From the NCBI GenBank assembly GCA_977862235.1, contig OZ374557.1, positions 1,612,001 through 1,676,000 on the forward strand: a DNA stretch of 64,000 nucleotides, read 5' to 3'. Shown piece after piece: positions 33,219 to 44,331 of this stretch. This stretch comes from Dudresnaya verticillata (taxonomy: Eukaryota). Numbering within the stretch: the first letter of the stretch is position 1; every line of letters starts with the position of its first letter. A program made the translations under genes and the position numbers. The notes beneath the pieces were generated by a model. The model saw only the letters and a program-made list of their open reading frames with translations, did no database searches and was not told the origin of the DNA.

Positions 33219-36200
33219 ATGGAAGGCTCAGAGCGGCAAAGGACAGAGAAGAAGGCCGTGTTCCACCTACTAGGTCGCACAATGAACTGTGCAGAGTATG
33301 CCGCGGAATTTTCCAGAACCGGCTTCTACTTCGTGAAGACCTACATGCGCCCTTGTAAGGATGGTATTCATGATTGGAAGGTGCGATTTCGATGTCTCCG
33401 TAAGGAGACACCAGTTGGGGGGCACAAATGCCAGGTATCTTTCGTTTGTGACCACCGCAAAGATGGACACGGATGGGACGTTTGGGCTGGGTGCAAAAAC
33501 ATTCACGATCAGCATGTCCATCCCGCAGAGCCTCATAATGAAAGGCATTCGTATGAGAAGAGGTTGGAGGCATTCTATAAGAGCAAAACACTCAGGGAAC
33601 TGCTTGGAGTTCATAGTAGTGGCAGTCCGATACTTTCTCAGATTGAAACACGGGTGAAAGACACCCCTTCGATCAACTCCAGACGAAACAGAGCATTTAT
33701 TCTGCCAATACCACCCAGTTCTTCTTCGGGGGCCGTAAGTGGGAGTATAATTCCATCTGCAGTTACAGAACCCAAACGAATACAGGTTTCTAGTACTGAT
33801 TCTGTCGATATTGTCGACCAGGAGGACTCTGAGAGCTTAGGTATGAATGTATTAAGCCCACCACAATCCCAGGTCCCGGGTTCCGGAGGCTCTAATCCAG
33901 GACCTACTACCGAACGTGAGGAGTTGTCTTCGCCTTCCCTGCTTTTCGAGCCCTGTTCAAGCCCGACCGAGGATCTCAAAGATTGTATTGAGACATTCAT
34001 GTTATCTTGTACGCCTGGTAAACGGGGTTCAGAGGTGTGGAGGGACCTCGACTTCATCTGCATTAGTTTTGGACTGGACATGAAGTTGAAGCGCTCTCAC
34101 TGGGATGAGATTGATGGATCAAAAGAGATGAACCGTAGTTTCTACACTTGCGCCAGAGAACATGTGGACAACTGTCCTTTCTGGTTCCGTTTGAATAGCT
34201 CATGGGTAATGCGGGACGATGCCGACTCAACGGGCGGCGATGTTTCAATGCGAAGAGTTCGCAAATACAACATCATTATCCCTGACATCAATCACTCGCA
34301 CCAAACTATAGTGTCCCCCAAGCTCAAATATGCCTTACCTAGCTCTATATTCAAAGAAGCGGAGGATATGCACAACGCAGCTTTTCTGAGCTTTTCCGAC
34401 GTTGTTCGATTTCTGGAGCACAAGTACGGTTTCCTGGTGGACAGTCGCCGTCTACAGAGAAAGCTTTCAAGACAAGTTTCGATTGCAAACCCGAAGGAGC
34501 TATCTGCAATGCGGTTAGTTCAAAACCTCATGAACATCTGCAATGAGGATCAAGGGTCTTACTGCCGTCTTTCACGCATTGATGAGTCCGGGAGGCTGCA
34601 CGCAATCGTTTGGGCCTTCTCTGAGTGGAGAGCAGATTATTTCCAGTTCGGGGTTGTCCCTGGGATATCGGTGGACTGCAAGTATAAAGGGAATGAGTTC
34701 TTCATGAACCTTATCCCCTTTAACGGTAGGACGAGCTGCGGCAAGATCTTCACAGTGATGATGGGTTTTATATCGGATGAAACGGTAGAGACCTTCCGCT
34801 GGGTGTTCAGCAAGTTCAAAGATTGCTACTCGGGTATAGTCCCTTGCATCATTGCGATGGACCAGGACGCCGCATGTATGTCCGCATGTCGTACTATACT
34901 ACCGACAACCTACGTTACGTTGGATGAATGGCACGTGAACCAAAATCAAAAAGGTAACGTGATGGCTTATCTCCAGAAGGGCAAGAGACCTGATCTCTAT
35001 AAGGACATGGCAAGAGATTTGTTCAAAATGCGAAGGGCATCCTCCGCGTCATCCTTTGAGCAGCACCACAATGCGTTTGAGCGAACATACTTTACTGCTT
35101 TGGGAGCAGAAGGAGTGCCGAGGTGGTATTTGACGTTGTATCATAAGAACGCTAGCGCCCTGATGGATTGCTACAACAAAAGTGCTTGTGAACCGCGATT
35201 CCTGTTCCAGGGAAGCGGGTATACGGAGTCTTCGAACTCTGAGTATCGTTCGGCAATATGTGGCAGGAAGGTATCAATGGATTTGATGCCATCCGTTGTG
35301 CGTCAGATCACCCGGAAGCGGCGAGAAATGCGGCTAAGCAAAAGGATGAAGAATAGATCTTCCATGTACTGTCTCAAGTTCTCAGCCGCATTAGGTCTTG
35401 AAGGTGCAGCTATTGAATCATTCTGCAACCGTTTCATGAAGTACGCGTTGGATATGTTTCACAGACACAGCGTGACACAAATGGGGAGGTATACCGTCCT
35501 TGAATCTTTTGTACAGTTGAGAGACCTTTCAAACACTCCTTTGCATCCACCTGGAGCAAGTATATCCGGTGGGCATGAAGTGGCAGTTTTCAAAGTGGGC
35601 TGGAGAGGTATCACTCAGACGTCTGCCGCACACGTTGCAGCACAAACCCCCAACCCTCCCCTACTGCAGCAAGGTCTGCTGTCGTAGGCTCCCAACCGCA
35701 CGACCCACAACAAGAAGGGCATACCACTGCAGGAGGACATGCGATTCTAGAGAGCCTTCCATTGATGCCGCAGCGAAGTGCCAACTATCTTGAAGCGATA
35801 GTGGGATTAATTGAGCGCCTCTCCAGAAGTCAACAGCGATTTATACAACCCTTGGGAAGTACTGAACTATCTCAAGAGAGGGAAGATTATGGTTTTCAGT
35901 CGGCAGGTATTCAGTCGGCAGTAGGCCGCGGCAACAACAACGATGAAAATGACTTCCCGCGAGACACGCGTGCTGACTTCGACATTACGTCTGAGAACCA
36001 CACTCCAGAGGACCTCGCAGCCGCTCTGGTACAGCTGGACGAACGCCATCCCCTTCTTGACTACGACAGAACGTACGAGGTTGTCCTGCTTCGCACTGAA
36101 ACAGGAATGAAATACAGCTGTTCATGCAAAATGTCGACCAGTACCGGGTTTCCATGCCCACATCTTCTTCGCGTCGCAGGTGTGTACGATGAGCTGAGAA

Positions 36201-36913
36201 GCCGTCGTGGAGGCTCGGAACTTGGCCGCATATTAGGATGTGCCATTTATTTCCCCGCGTTGTTCCACCCTTACTGGGAAAAGGACATGAATAAGTGGAC
36301 AGAGGAAGATGTGCAGCGCCAACGCATGCGAATAACAGAAGACTGAAGAAGACGCAATCCAGGGGCGGTGACGGGTGTGGAGGTGGGAACCGTCGCGCGA
36401 TCAGTACTCAACGAGGCGGCAGAGCGTCAGGGTCGCGTTGTTGTTACACCTGCTGAACAACAGGAAATACCAGACCGTGATGATGCCGATATGGACCCGG
36501 CCATACTAGCCAGACTGTTCAGGAGAGAAAACGATTACCAGGAATCGTATGCAGGAGCAACCAGCCTCGTCAGAGAAATGCTGAATATAGCGGAAAATCG
36601 ACGAGGAAACATGAGGACTGACTTGTTCTCCTTCCTCGAACGCGGGTTCCAGGCAATGAGGGATGGGCAATCACCGCTGACGAATAATCCCTGCGCTCAA
36701 CCAAGAAGGGCCCCCACAGCGCTTACTGACTTTGAAGCACGAGGGGCTGACGGGGTTACTGTGCAGAACCCCAATGAGGTTCGGGGTCGGCGGGGCAGTA
36801 GCCAGCGCAGACATAGAAGTTCACTTGAGGCACCGCGTAGACGAAGGCGCGTGGATAACCGAGCGGGCTCGCAAACAGTACAGCAGTCACAACTGTCACA
36901 GCCTCAAACTTAA
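33219..36913 (+). pseudogene. MULE transposase with WRKY/GCM1-like zinc fingers, DDE core and SWIM finger; C-terminal part disrupted
   Basis: ISVDCKY...GFISDETVETFRWVF...AMDQD...LDEWH...TESSNS; SWIM CSC...GFPCPH in 35762-36346; stop/frameshift near 35687-35760 and in-frame stop at 36344-36346. Confidence 0.9.
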
Positions 36914-38754
36914 CACTCGTAAACGAAACATGCGATCCTCATACACGCTTACGTACGCGCACGAAAGCGACAGAAGCTTCTGGTAGGTGGAGACGAGGTG
37001 GAGACAGAGACCCATCTTGGGCTTAGGCTTACTATAGTACGCACTTGGGACATAGTATGGTCTCCACATCATGCCCACTTAGTCTCCAATTACGTGACAA
37101 TGTATCCATCTCGTCCCTACTTGCGTTCTCGCAAGTGCACGAAAGTGCCATGGATTCCATCGTCCCCATCGTCCCCATGCCAGTTCCGAACTGGCATCGG
37201 GACGTCTCCAGCTCGTCTCCAAGTCTAGCTGCACAGACTACATAGAGCTCCGGGGCTCTCCAGGGCCACCGTTACTTATTGCCTGCACAAGGTTTTCAAT
37301 TTACAAGAGGTGATCACCTCTGCACGTCGACATGCAAGTGCTGTAGTGGTCCTTATCCCCAAAGGTGGTCTCTACCGCATCCACGTCTACATTGCAACGA
37401 ACTACTTACGATATTACTCGTTTGTAGTGGAAGACTCTTTCGCCTTAGCGCCACGGGTGCGACCGCGTCGCGGACGCAAAGACTTCCCAACAGAATTCGA
37501 GGCGCTTTCGTCATCACGAGATCGCGTATCATCCTGTTTCGACCCGCTCGCATGGCGAAGAGCATCTGTAGGAGTTCCATCCTCCTTATCCCTATGCGAA
37601 GAATATTCCGTTGCTGCCTTAGCAGCACTGTTTCGAATCGGGTTTTTCGGCACTTTGACCGGGACGGAGCGCAGCACAGGACCCTTACGTTTGACAACAT
37701 CTGCCTTTTCCCCCATGTCCGCAGTTGTCTTTGCAGTGTCCTTGCCATCGGGCCGGGCTGGGGCTCTCTTTGCCCCTGTACACACAGCCCCATCATCTGC
37801 CTTTCCAGTACCCTCATTATTGGCATTGACTTCATGAAGCGAGGGAGTTCCGTACAATGCCTGTGCCTCGCTGGATCCAGCTTGGGATCGCAGCCCAGGG
37901 GTGGAATGGCCCTTACAAGTGGCATTCCCGTCCGGCTCGGGGGTTTTACGTGCCAGCGCAGAGGCCTGCACCATTATGCTCGGCGCAGCACCTGTAGCTT
38001 CTCCAGTTCCACCGCTGGAGTCATCGGGGACTTCAACTGCTGGTATCTTACCCTCCGGTTCAGGGCGAGGAGGACGCTCCTGCGTGGCCTGGGCAGAAAA
38101 CCCACCAGTCTGAGCCAGTTGAATCATCGTGAAGATGCGGCGAGTTAGCTCAATATCAAATGGGCGAACAGGTCCAGTGTAGTTCAAGCCATCAGCTTGT
38201 TGCATAGCCGCAGCTAGCTGTGATGTCGCGTGCGCAACTGCATCGGCACCTGAAGCTGCAACGGGTGGAGTCGGGGTAGGATAGGGTTTCGCAGATGCGA
38301 TAACGGGCGCAGATGGCTCGAGCGTGGGGGTCACAGTCGCTACCGAAGAGGGAATGGAAGGTGCCGCAACTGACGCAGGAAGACCGTCAGAGGGCGTAAG
38401 CTTCCGACATATGTTCGTCTCAGCATCAGCGGGAGCCGGAATTGCTTCTGAAACAGAGCCGGAGGGTGCAGCGATGGGCTGCGGAGGTGATGCGGCGGGC
38501 GTAGAGCCACAGGGGGGAACATGGACCGCAGTAGGCGTTTTCAACGCCGCAGCGAGCACTAGAGGTGCTTTATTGGTCGCTATAGGAGCAGAAGCTTGCG
38601 TTGAGGGAGCCGTAGAAGGCGTAGTTGGAGCTGCCCTGGAGACTGGAGTCGTACTGGCGATTGCAGTACGGGCAGGAGCTTCAGTAGCAGGCGCAATAAT
38701 TCTTGCTGAGGTCGTTGCGGCCGCGGCAGGTGCCGCGACGGCCGAACCAGGTAG

Positions 38755-38960
38755 TGACGCGACGGCCGGAGCAGGTGCCGCAGCACCCGGAGCAGGTGCT
38801 GCGACGGCTGGAGCAGGTGCCGCAGCAGCCAGAGCAGGTCACGCGACGGCCAGAGCAGGTGCTGCGACGGCCGGAGCAGGTGCCGCGACGGCCGGAGCAG
38901 GTGCTGCGACGGCCGGAGCAGGTGCCGCGACGGCCAGAGCAGGTGCCCGGACGGCCGGAA
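38755..38960. repeat. 21-bp tandem repeat (~9 copies) encoding APAVAAP
   Basis: GAGCAGGTGCYGCGACGGCCR repeated. Confidence 0.9.
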
Positions 38961-39156
38961 TAGGTGCCGGAACAAGTGGTGCAACGGTTGATCCAGGACC
39001 AGAAGCTGAAGTCACATGCTTCAGATGCGCGGCGGCCAGGGCAGAGTTCCTCGCCTCTAAGCGGAGCTCGCCACGAAAAATGCCACCGGACCCGATGAAT
39101 CCTTCTCGACGGTCTCCGCGGTCAAATCCGCGACCTCTTCCTTGCCCACCCAACCC

Positions 39157-39250
39157 ACCACGTCCACGTGCAGGCAGTGCACGTCCGCCTCCACGTCCGC
39201 CTCCGCGGCCCCCTCCACGTCCGCCTCCACGTCCGCCACCATGTCCACCG
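39157..39250. repeat. 12-bp tandem repeat encoding GGGR (RGG box) on the minus strand
   Basis: CCACGTCCGCCT repeated. Confidence 0.8.
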
Positions 39251-42200
39251 CTGTGTCCATCACCACGCCCGCCACCATACCCGACATGGTACTGAGATAT
39301 GTTCGAGTTTTCCAGAGCAGTAATCGCGTTGTCCACATTCAACGGTTGAATCGCCCGGCCGGTACGCTCATCATTGATGAACCACGAAACCACATCCTGC
39401 TGAATTATGAGCTTTCGCAGCGTCAGCATCGTGCCTTTTCGGTCAGAAGCCCTTGTGAGCTCCCTAGCGAGATGCGAGTAGAACTGCTGATGCAACGACA
39501 TTCCAAAGCGCCCTAGGCGCCGCTGTTGGTCAGCGAGATCAAAACGCCATCTCCCGGCCCTGATATTGTTGAAGAACGCCTCCACATCTCTCCACCACAA
39601 CAAGAACCCTGCGGTTGACTTGTCCAGCATAGCATCCAAGAAATCAAGGGGGGGTTCCATTGAGAAGTAGGAATAGTTCTTCTTCGTCGCGGTGAGATGA
39701 GCCAAAACTGGATAGGCCTTGAAGATTGATTTGATTTGGTCCTCAAACCAGTCGTTCTGAATGCGGCTAGCCTTCTCGAGACAGCTCCTGTTGTTGCGCC
39801 GAATAGTACGCCTTCGTCGACCGTCATACTCGGTCGGACCTGCTTCCATACCACCATCCTTCAGCAACGAGTCCTTCAAAGGGAACGCGTCGTAGTTGAT
39901 GAGACCTTCCAGCTTATCGTCCTTGCGTGCAGCAAGGGCTAGCTGTAGCCAGCTTCATACGACTTGAATTTCCTCATGAGTAAAGGATTCCCCGCTGATC
40001 AGCGGAACACCAGCAGTAACCTTGAACTGCTCCACGCCCGTAGGCACCGAATGGGGCTCTCCATATAGATGTTCAACCGGAGGCCTTGAGGGCGGTGTTA
40101 GGCGAGCTGCAATCTTCGGCGGGCCTTTTGGCGCGCCCCGAGGTGCTTGAGCCCCCCCGGAATAGTACTATATGCCTGAGGGTTAGGAGCCGTAGCATTG
40201 CGAGGGGATGATGCAGGAGAGCTAGATGCCCCTGCATCTGTGATGCGCACTCGTTTCTGGGGGCGGGGTGAGCGCGAGTTATTTCTGCGAGGAGACTGCG
40301 GGCGTCTCTCGCTACGACGATTACCTTCATGATGGCGATCAGCGCTTTCTTCTGATGATTCGGAACGAGAAGAGCGTCTTGATTTCCTTGTCTTCCGCTT
40401 CTGCTTCTCACCTGCAACATGTGGGTAGGCATACGGAGATGGTGTCACAGATGGGGCTCCATAAACGTGCGGGTAGGCGTTCGGTACCATGTACGGCGCA
40501 GCGTAGTAGCCATGAGGAGGTGGTGCCGATACTTGTCCCGAGTAAGCAGCCGTACTGGAACCGAAAGGCGCTGGTGCGACATAAGGTAGCGAAGCATACG
40601 GTGCCTGCGCCGGGGGCGGTGGGGGTGGCGGGTATTGTGGCTGTGCCGGGTGCGGTGCTTGCACCGTGGGTGGGTGATACGGTGGCTGCGCCGAGTGCGA
40701 TGCTTGTACCGGGGGCGGCTGATGAGGTGGCTGTCCCGGGTGCGGGGCTGGCGTAGGGGGCGGCGGGTAGTGTGGTTGCGCCGGTTGCGGCGCTTGCGCC
40801 GGGGGCGGCGGGTATGGGGGCGCGTACGGTGGATGCTGCCCGTACGGGTACATTTCGGCTTGTCTTGCGCGTCTGCGCGAGCCGCCAGCTGGGCTGGGTC
40901 GGTAGAAGAAGCGGGAGAGGGGTTGGGAGAGATATAGAGAGAGCGTGGATGGGTGGATGACGGTGGTGATAGCGACGCGGCGCGCTGTGGGTGGGGTACC
41001 GCGAGCTGGGCGCTTGATCGGGCAGCAGGCTGCGCTTTTGCGCGCGCACTGGGGTCGGCGCGTTTACCGACGGCGGCTGGCCTGCTGGGCTGGCCGCCCC
41101 CGTTTTGCCGCCCTTTTGGGTCACGCTCCCACGCGTTGTCACGACAAGCGGCGCAGTCGTGGAGACAGGCATCGTGGCGGTGACGGCGAGCGCTGGTCGA
41201 ACGGCGACGGAGGAGACCGGTGAGGGGGCCAATGAGAAAGCGCCAAGTAATTGGGAGGTGGAGACCGATGGCAATAACGAATTTCTATTGGTGGAGAGGT
41301 GGGTGGGGACCGATGCGCCGTTGGCCCAGTCAGAGGGGTGGAGACCGGCGCTGAGGACCAATCAGATGCCAGAACGTCTCACCCCTCTCACCCAGGGTGA
41401 GATGGTACCGCCCCAAGTGAAACCCCCTTATTAGAGGAACCAACTTGGGTCCACGGACTGGTTCCTCTTATCGAGAGATGACTGTACCAAGATAAGTTCC
41501 TTCTATAATTAGAAGCAAAGGCAATGTTCTGGCCTCTGATTGGCCCGCTCGCCTAATGCATATACTCGCTAAGTGGATGGTAAAGTATGCGACCTCCAAT
41601 ATGCTCTTATCGCGCGCCCACTGTATTGGGTGCACCCAGAAATAAGCAAATCGCCCAATCGCCACCTTTTAGCCAATCAGGGCAGGCTGAGGGCCGTGGC
41701 ACCAGGGATGCGGCGGGTGTTAGTCAACTTGTACTCACCCAATAGGCAGTGAGTATACTCACCGTTTTACCGGGCCACGGTGTGGCAGAATGGACGCTGT
41801 CAGCAGGAGGGCTTACAGAAGCGGTCGTCCTGAGACAGACTGTCCCTTCATCAGGACAGCTGTCCTTTCATCGCTGTACACGTGGGTTACACGTGGCCGT
41901 ACAGTGGCGCCAACTGGATGCCTTGGATTGGCTGATTTATTACGCGCCGTCGCGCTCCTACTCATGGATGAGGAGAGCTCCTGTGCTCAAGGTATCGACA
42001 ATGCAGCCGAGACCCCAGCTTGGACATCGGCGCATCCACCACCAAGTCCCTTAACTGGATGTTGCACAACGGCGATTTGCGCGAAGTGGGCGTATTACGC
42101 TGTAAGCCGTAACGGGCCAATGCTCTGTAAGACGTTGTCATTGCTGGGCTTCGCCAGGATGTGATATGCGATTGGCGCCTGGCGCGAAATCACCCGCGCT

Positions 42201-42289
42201 TCAGACGCGCAATTGGCGCACGACCATTGGTGTGGCTCTGGGATATTTCCCGATTATACGCCGCCACAGGGGCGTGAATCCGCCTCCCA

Positions 42290-42720
42290 TTGTTCAATGT
42301 AATTTGTGTACAGTACACTGTATTAGATAGTATTAGCACGGGCACAAGCCCTATTTATTGGTCTCCTGAATAGCGCGGCACCCCTGGTTGAACCCTACGG
42401 GGAGTTTCTCGGTCTTGACCATTTTCTGGATTCCGGGCGCTTCCCGTTCCCTTTCTGGACGCCAAGTACAGGCTCTTCACCGTACGGCAGGTTCCCTGCG
42501 GAATACCGGGTGGCGTCCCTTTTTTCTTTTTCTTTTTCCTGGCCTAGCGCCATTCTACCAAGCCTCTACCACACCCGAGCTACCCGTGAGCACGACGGTT
42601 CCAGACAGGTGTCCTTTGTTCTCTTTGCTCTCCCTGGGCTGGACCCGATGTGCTACACTGGAACGCATTCCAACTTTTTCTTTGTACTAACTGCACTAAC
42701 CTTGATAACTATAATCCAAG
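42290..42720 (+). repeat. Degenerate LTR fragment related to the element A LTR; boundaries uncertain
   Basis: Colinear blocks shared with 4655-5010: GTGTACAGTA, ATTTATTGG, ATTTTCTGG, CTCTACCACACCC, GAGCTACC, CCGTGAG. Confidence 0.55.
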
Positions 42721-44265
42721 ACAAACTTAGACCCCTTTCGGGCTGATACACTTTCCGGCTGTTAAGCCCTACTTGTGGGCGCCTCAATAACCGGCGCCCT
42801 CAGAATACAAACTAAGCGGAGTTGTTGGGGAATCATTAATCTTTGGGTCGTTCGGACGCTACGCGCCTGTAGGCGTCGTCTAGTACGACCCTGGACATCG
42901 TACGACAAGTGTGTACGAAACATCAGGTCGCAACCTCTATCCTCCTTGAGTCACTCGCGCCGAGTATTTACCGCACTTTCGCACCCCCTTTCGGGTCCTA
43001 AGGGTCTATTGTGGTACAACGGTAAAAATGCCCTGTAAGGAGACAGGTGGACACGAGTCTTCTGTGAAGGATGGCAGACGCCTAACTGCCTCGTTTCTAT
43101 GGTTGTACGCCATTGGCTGAGTAATTTATGAAGCGCGCACTGCTCTGTAAGGCAACACGTGTACCGAGTTAATCTGCAAGGCGGAAGTTTCCACTCACCC
43201 CTGCGTAATATGGCACTATGTATTGAGAAGTGAGTTTCGGGATCCGAGACGGGAACATTTATATAGTATGGCCTGTACCGTTGTGGCACGTGCTAATGTG
43301 TACCCGTATCGGTGTTGAGTGCATTGCCATGTGCTGGCGTACATTGCTATGCGGCAGGGGAGCGCACCAACCATAGCGGAGTATTTGTAGTATCTATTCT
43401 TTACTCTTAGTGAGTATCTGCACGGTCTGTAGAGTAAACTACGAGTCTATTTCTGGAAACCCCCAATAAAAGTATTGCGCTGGGGCAATACATTTTGTAG
43501 TATAGCTGTCAGCACACTATCAGCAGCGGCTGTAAGGTATGCTGGCAGCCCCGCACTGTAATGGTGCACACGATGACGCCCGCTGGCGAGTCGTGGTTGG
43601 GCAGCGTGCCCTTAGTCTTTTCGTTGATTTAGTAGCGGTCGACCGCCGGCAGCGGCCGAGCGCCGTGCCGCACACGGCGCGCCCCAGTGACGCTCTCCGG
43701 CATCGGGCCGTTGAGAGGGCCGCTGCCCGTTACGCCCCGCGCGCGTCCACGGGTAGCCGTTACCCGGACGAGTCGACACGTGTATGGGCGCACGCTCGCA
43801 CACCTCCCGCGTTGGTGTTGTGGGGCGCACCTACTGTAGAGTAGCCGTAGTGTACATAGCGTAGGGTATTTAAGGCCGTCGGCCATCGACGGCTCAGTAA
43901 ACCGGGCAAGCAACAGCTCGCGCTGAGGCTTGCCCCCATCCTCTTCGGGTTCGATCCCTTTGCCTCACGCCAGTGGGGGGTTTCCCTTTTCCCCCTTGCC
44001 TCGCTAGGCTTTTCCCCTTTCCATTTCCTTTCCGTCAGCTTCGTGCCACCCTTCGACAGGGACGCTGGGATCCGGCCGCTGCCAACCCGCGTACGGTACG
44101 CCCCGTGCGCGCTCCGGTATCGACGCCGTCGATCCGCACCTGCGGGGGGGCCCCCGCGGCCGACACCGCTCTACCACACACAAGAGCTACCCATCGACGG
44201 GTCTTTATGGCGGCTTCGGACCAGCGAGTATTAGACGTCGGACCGACCCGACGTCTATTCTACAC

Positions 44266-44283
44266 TGGCCTCCCGACCTAGAA
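44266..44283 (+). promoter_or_regulatory. Primer binding site of element C
   Basis: TGGCCTCCCGACCTAGAA, 1 nt after ...TACA. Confidence 0.85.
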
Positions 44284-44331
44284 GTCGTCGAGACCCAAGT
44301 ACTTCTCGCATCGACGCGATCGAAGTAAAGG

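Larger units (their letters stand above)
37414..40853 (-). pseudogene. Convergent accessory gene of the MULE (Pro/Gln-rich N-terminus, unknown ~250-aa globular domain, RGG box, Ala/Pro/Thr-rich C-terminus), fragmented
   Basis: Consecutive minus-strand ORFs 40098-40853, 38839-39879 (its frame extends upstream past one TGA near 39957) and 37414-38559, starting ~560 bp inside the right end. Confidence 0.65.
31126..41414 (+). mobile_element. Mutator-like element (MULE), 10.3 kb, three genes
   Basis: TIRs of >100 bp (GGGGGAGTACCGTCGCACCCTGGG... vs reverse complement of ...CCCAGGGTGAGATGGTACCGCCCC); 10-bp TSD AAGTGAAACC at 31116-31125 and 41415-41424; MULE transposase inside. Confidence 0.95.

Noticed and set aside
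38324..39295. 323-aa plus-strand Ala/Gly-rich ORF
   Set aside because: Shadow of the minus-strand repeat-rich gene.
43835..44264. Shorter 430-bp 5' LTR for element C based on a 9/10 terminal IR
   Set aside because: Composition and motif content extend to ~43557 and no second LTR is available to confirm; the boundary remains unresolved.
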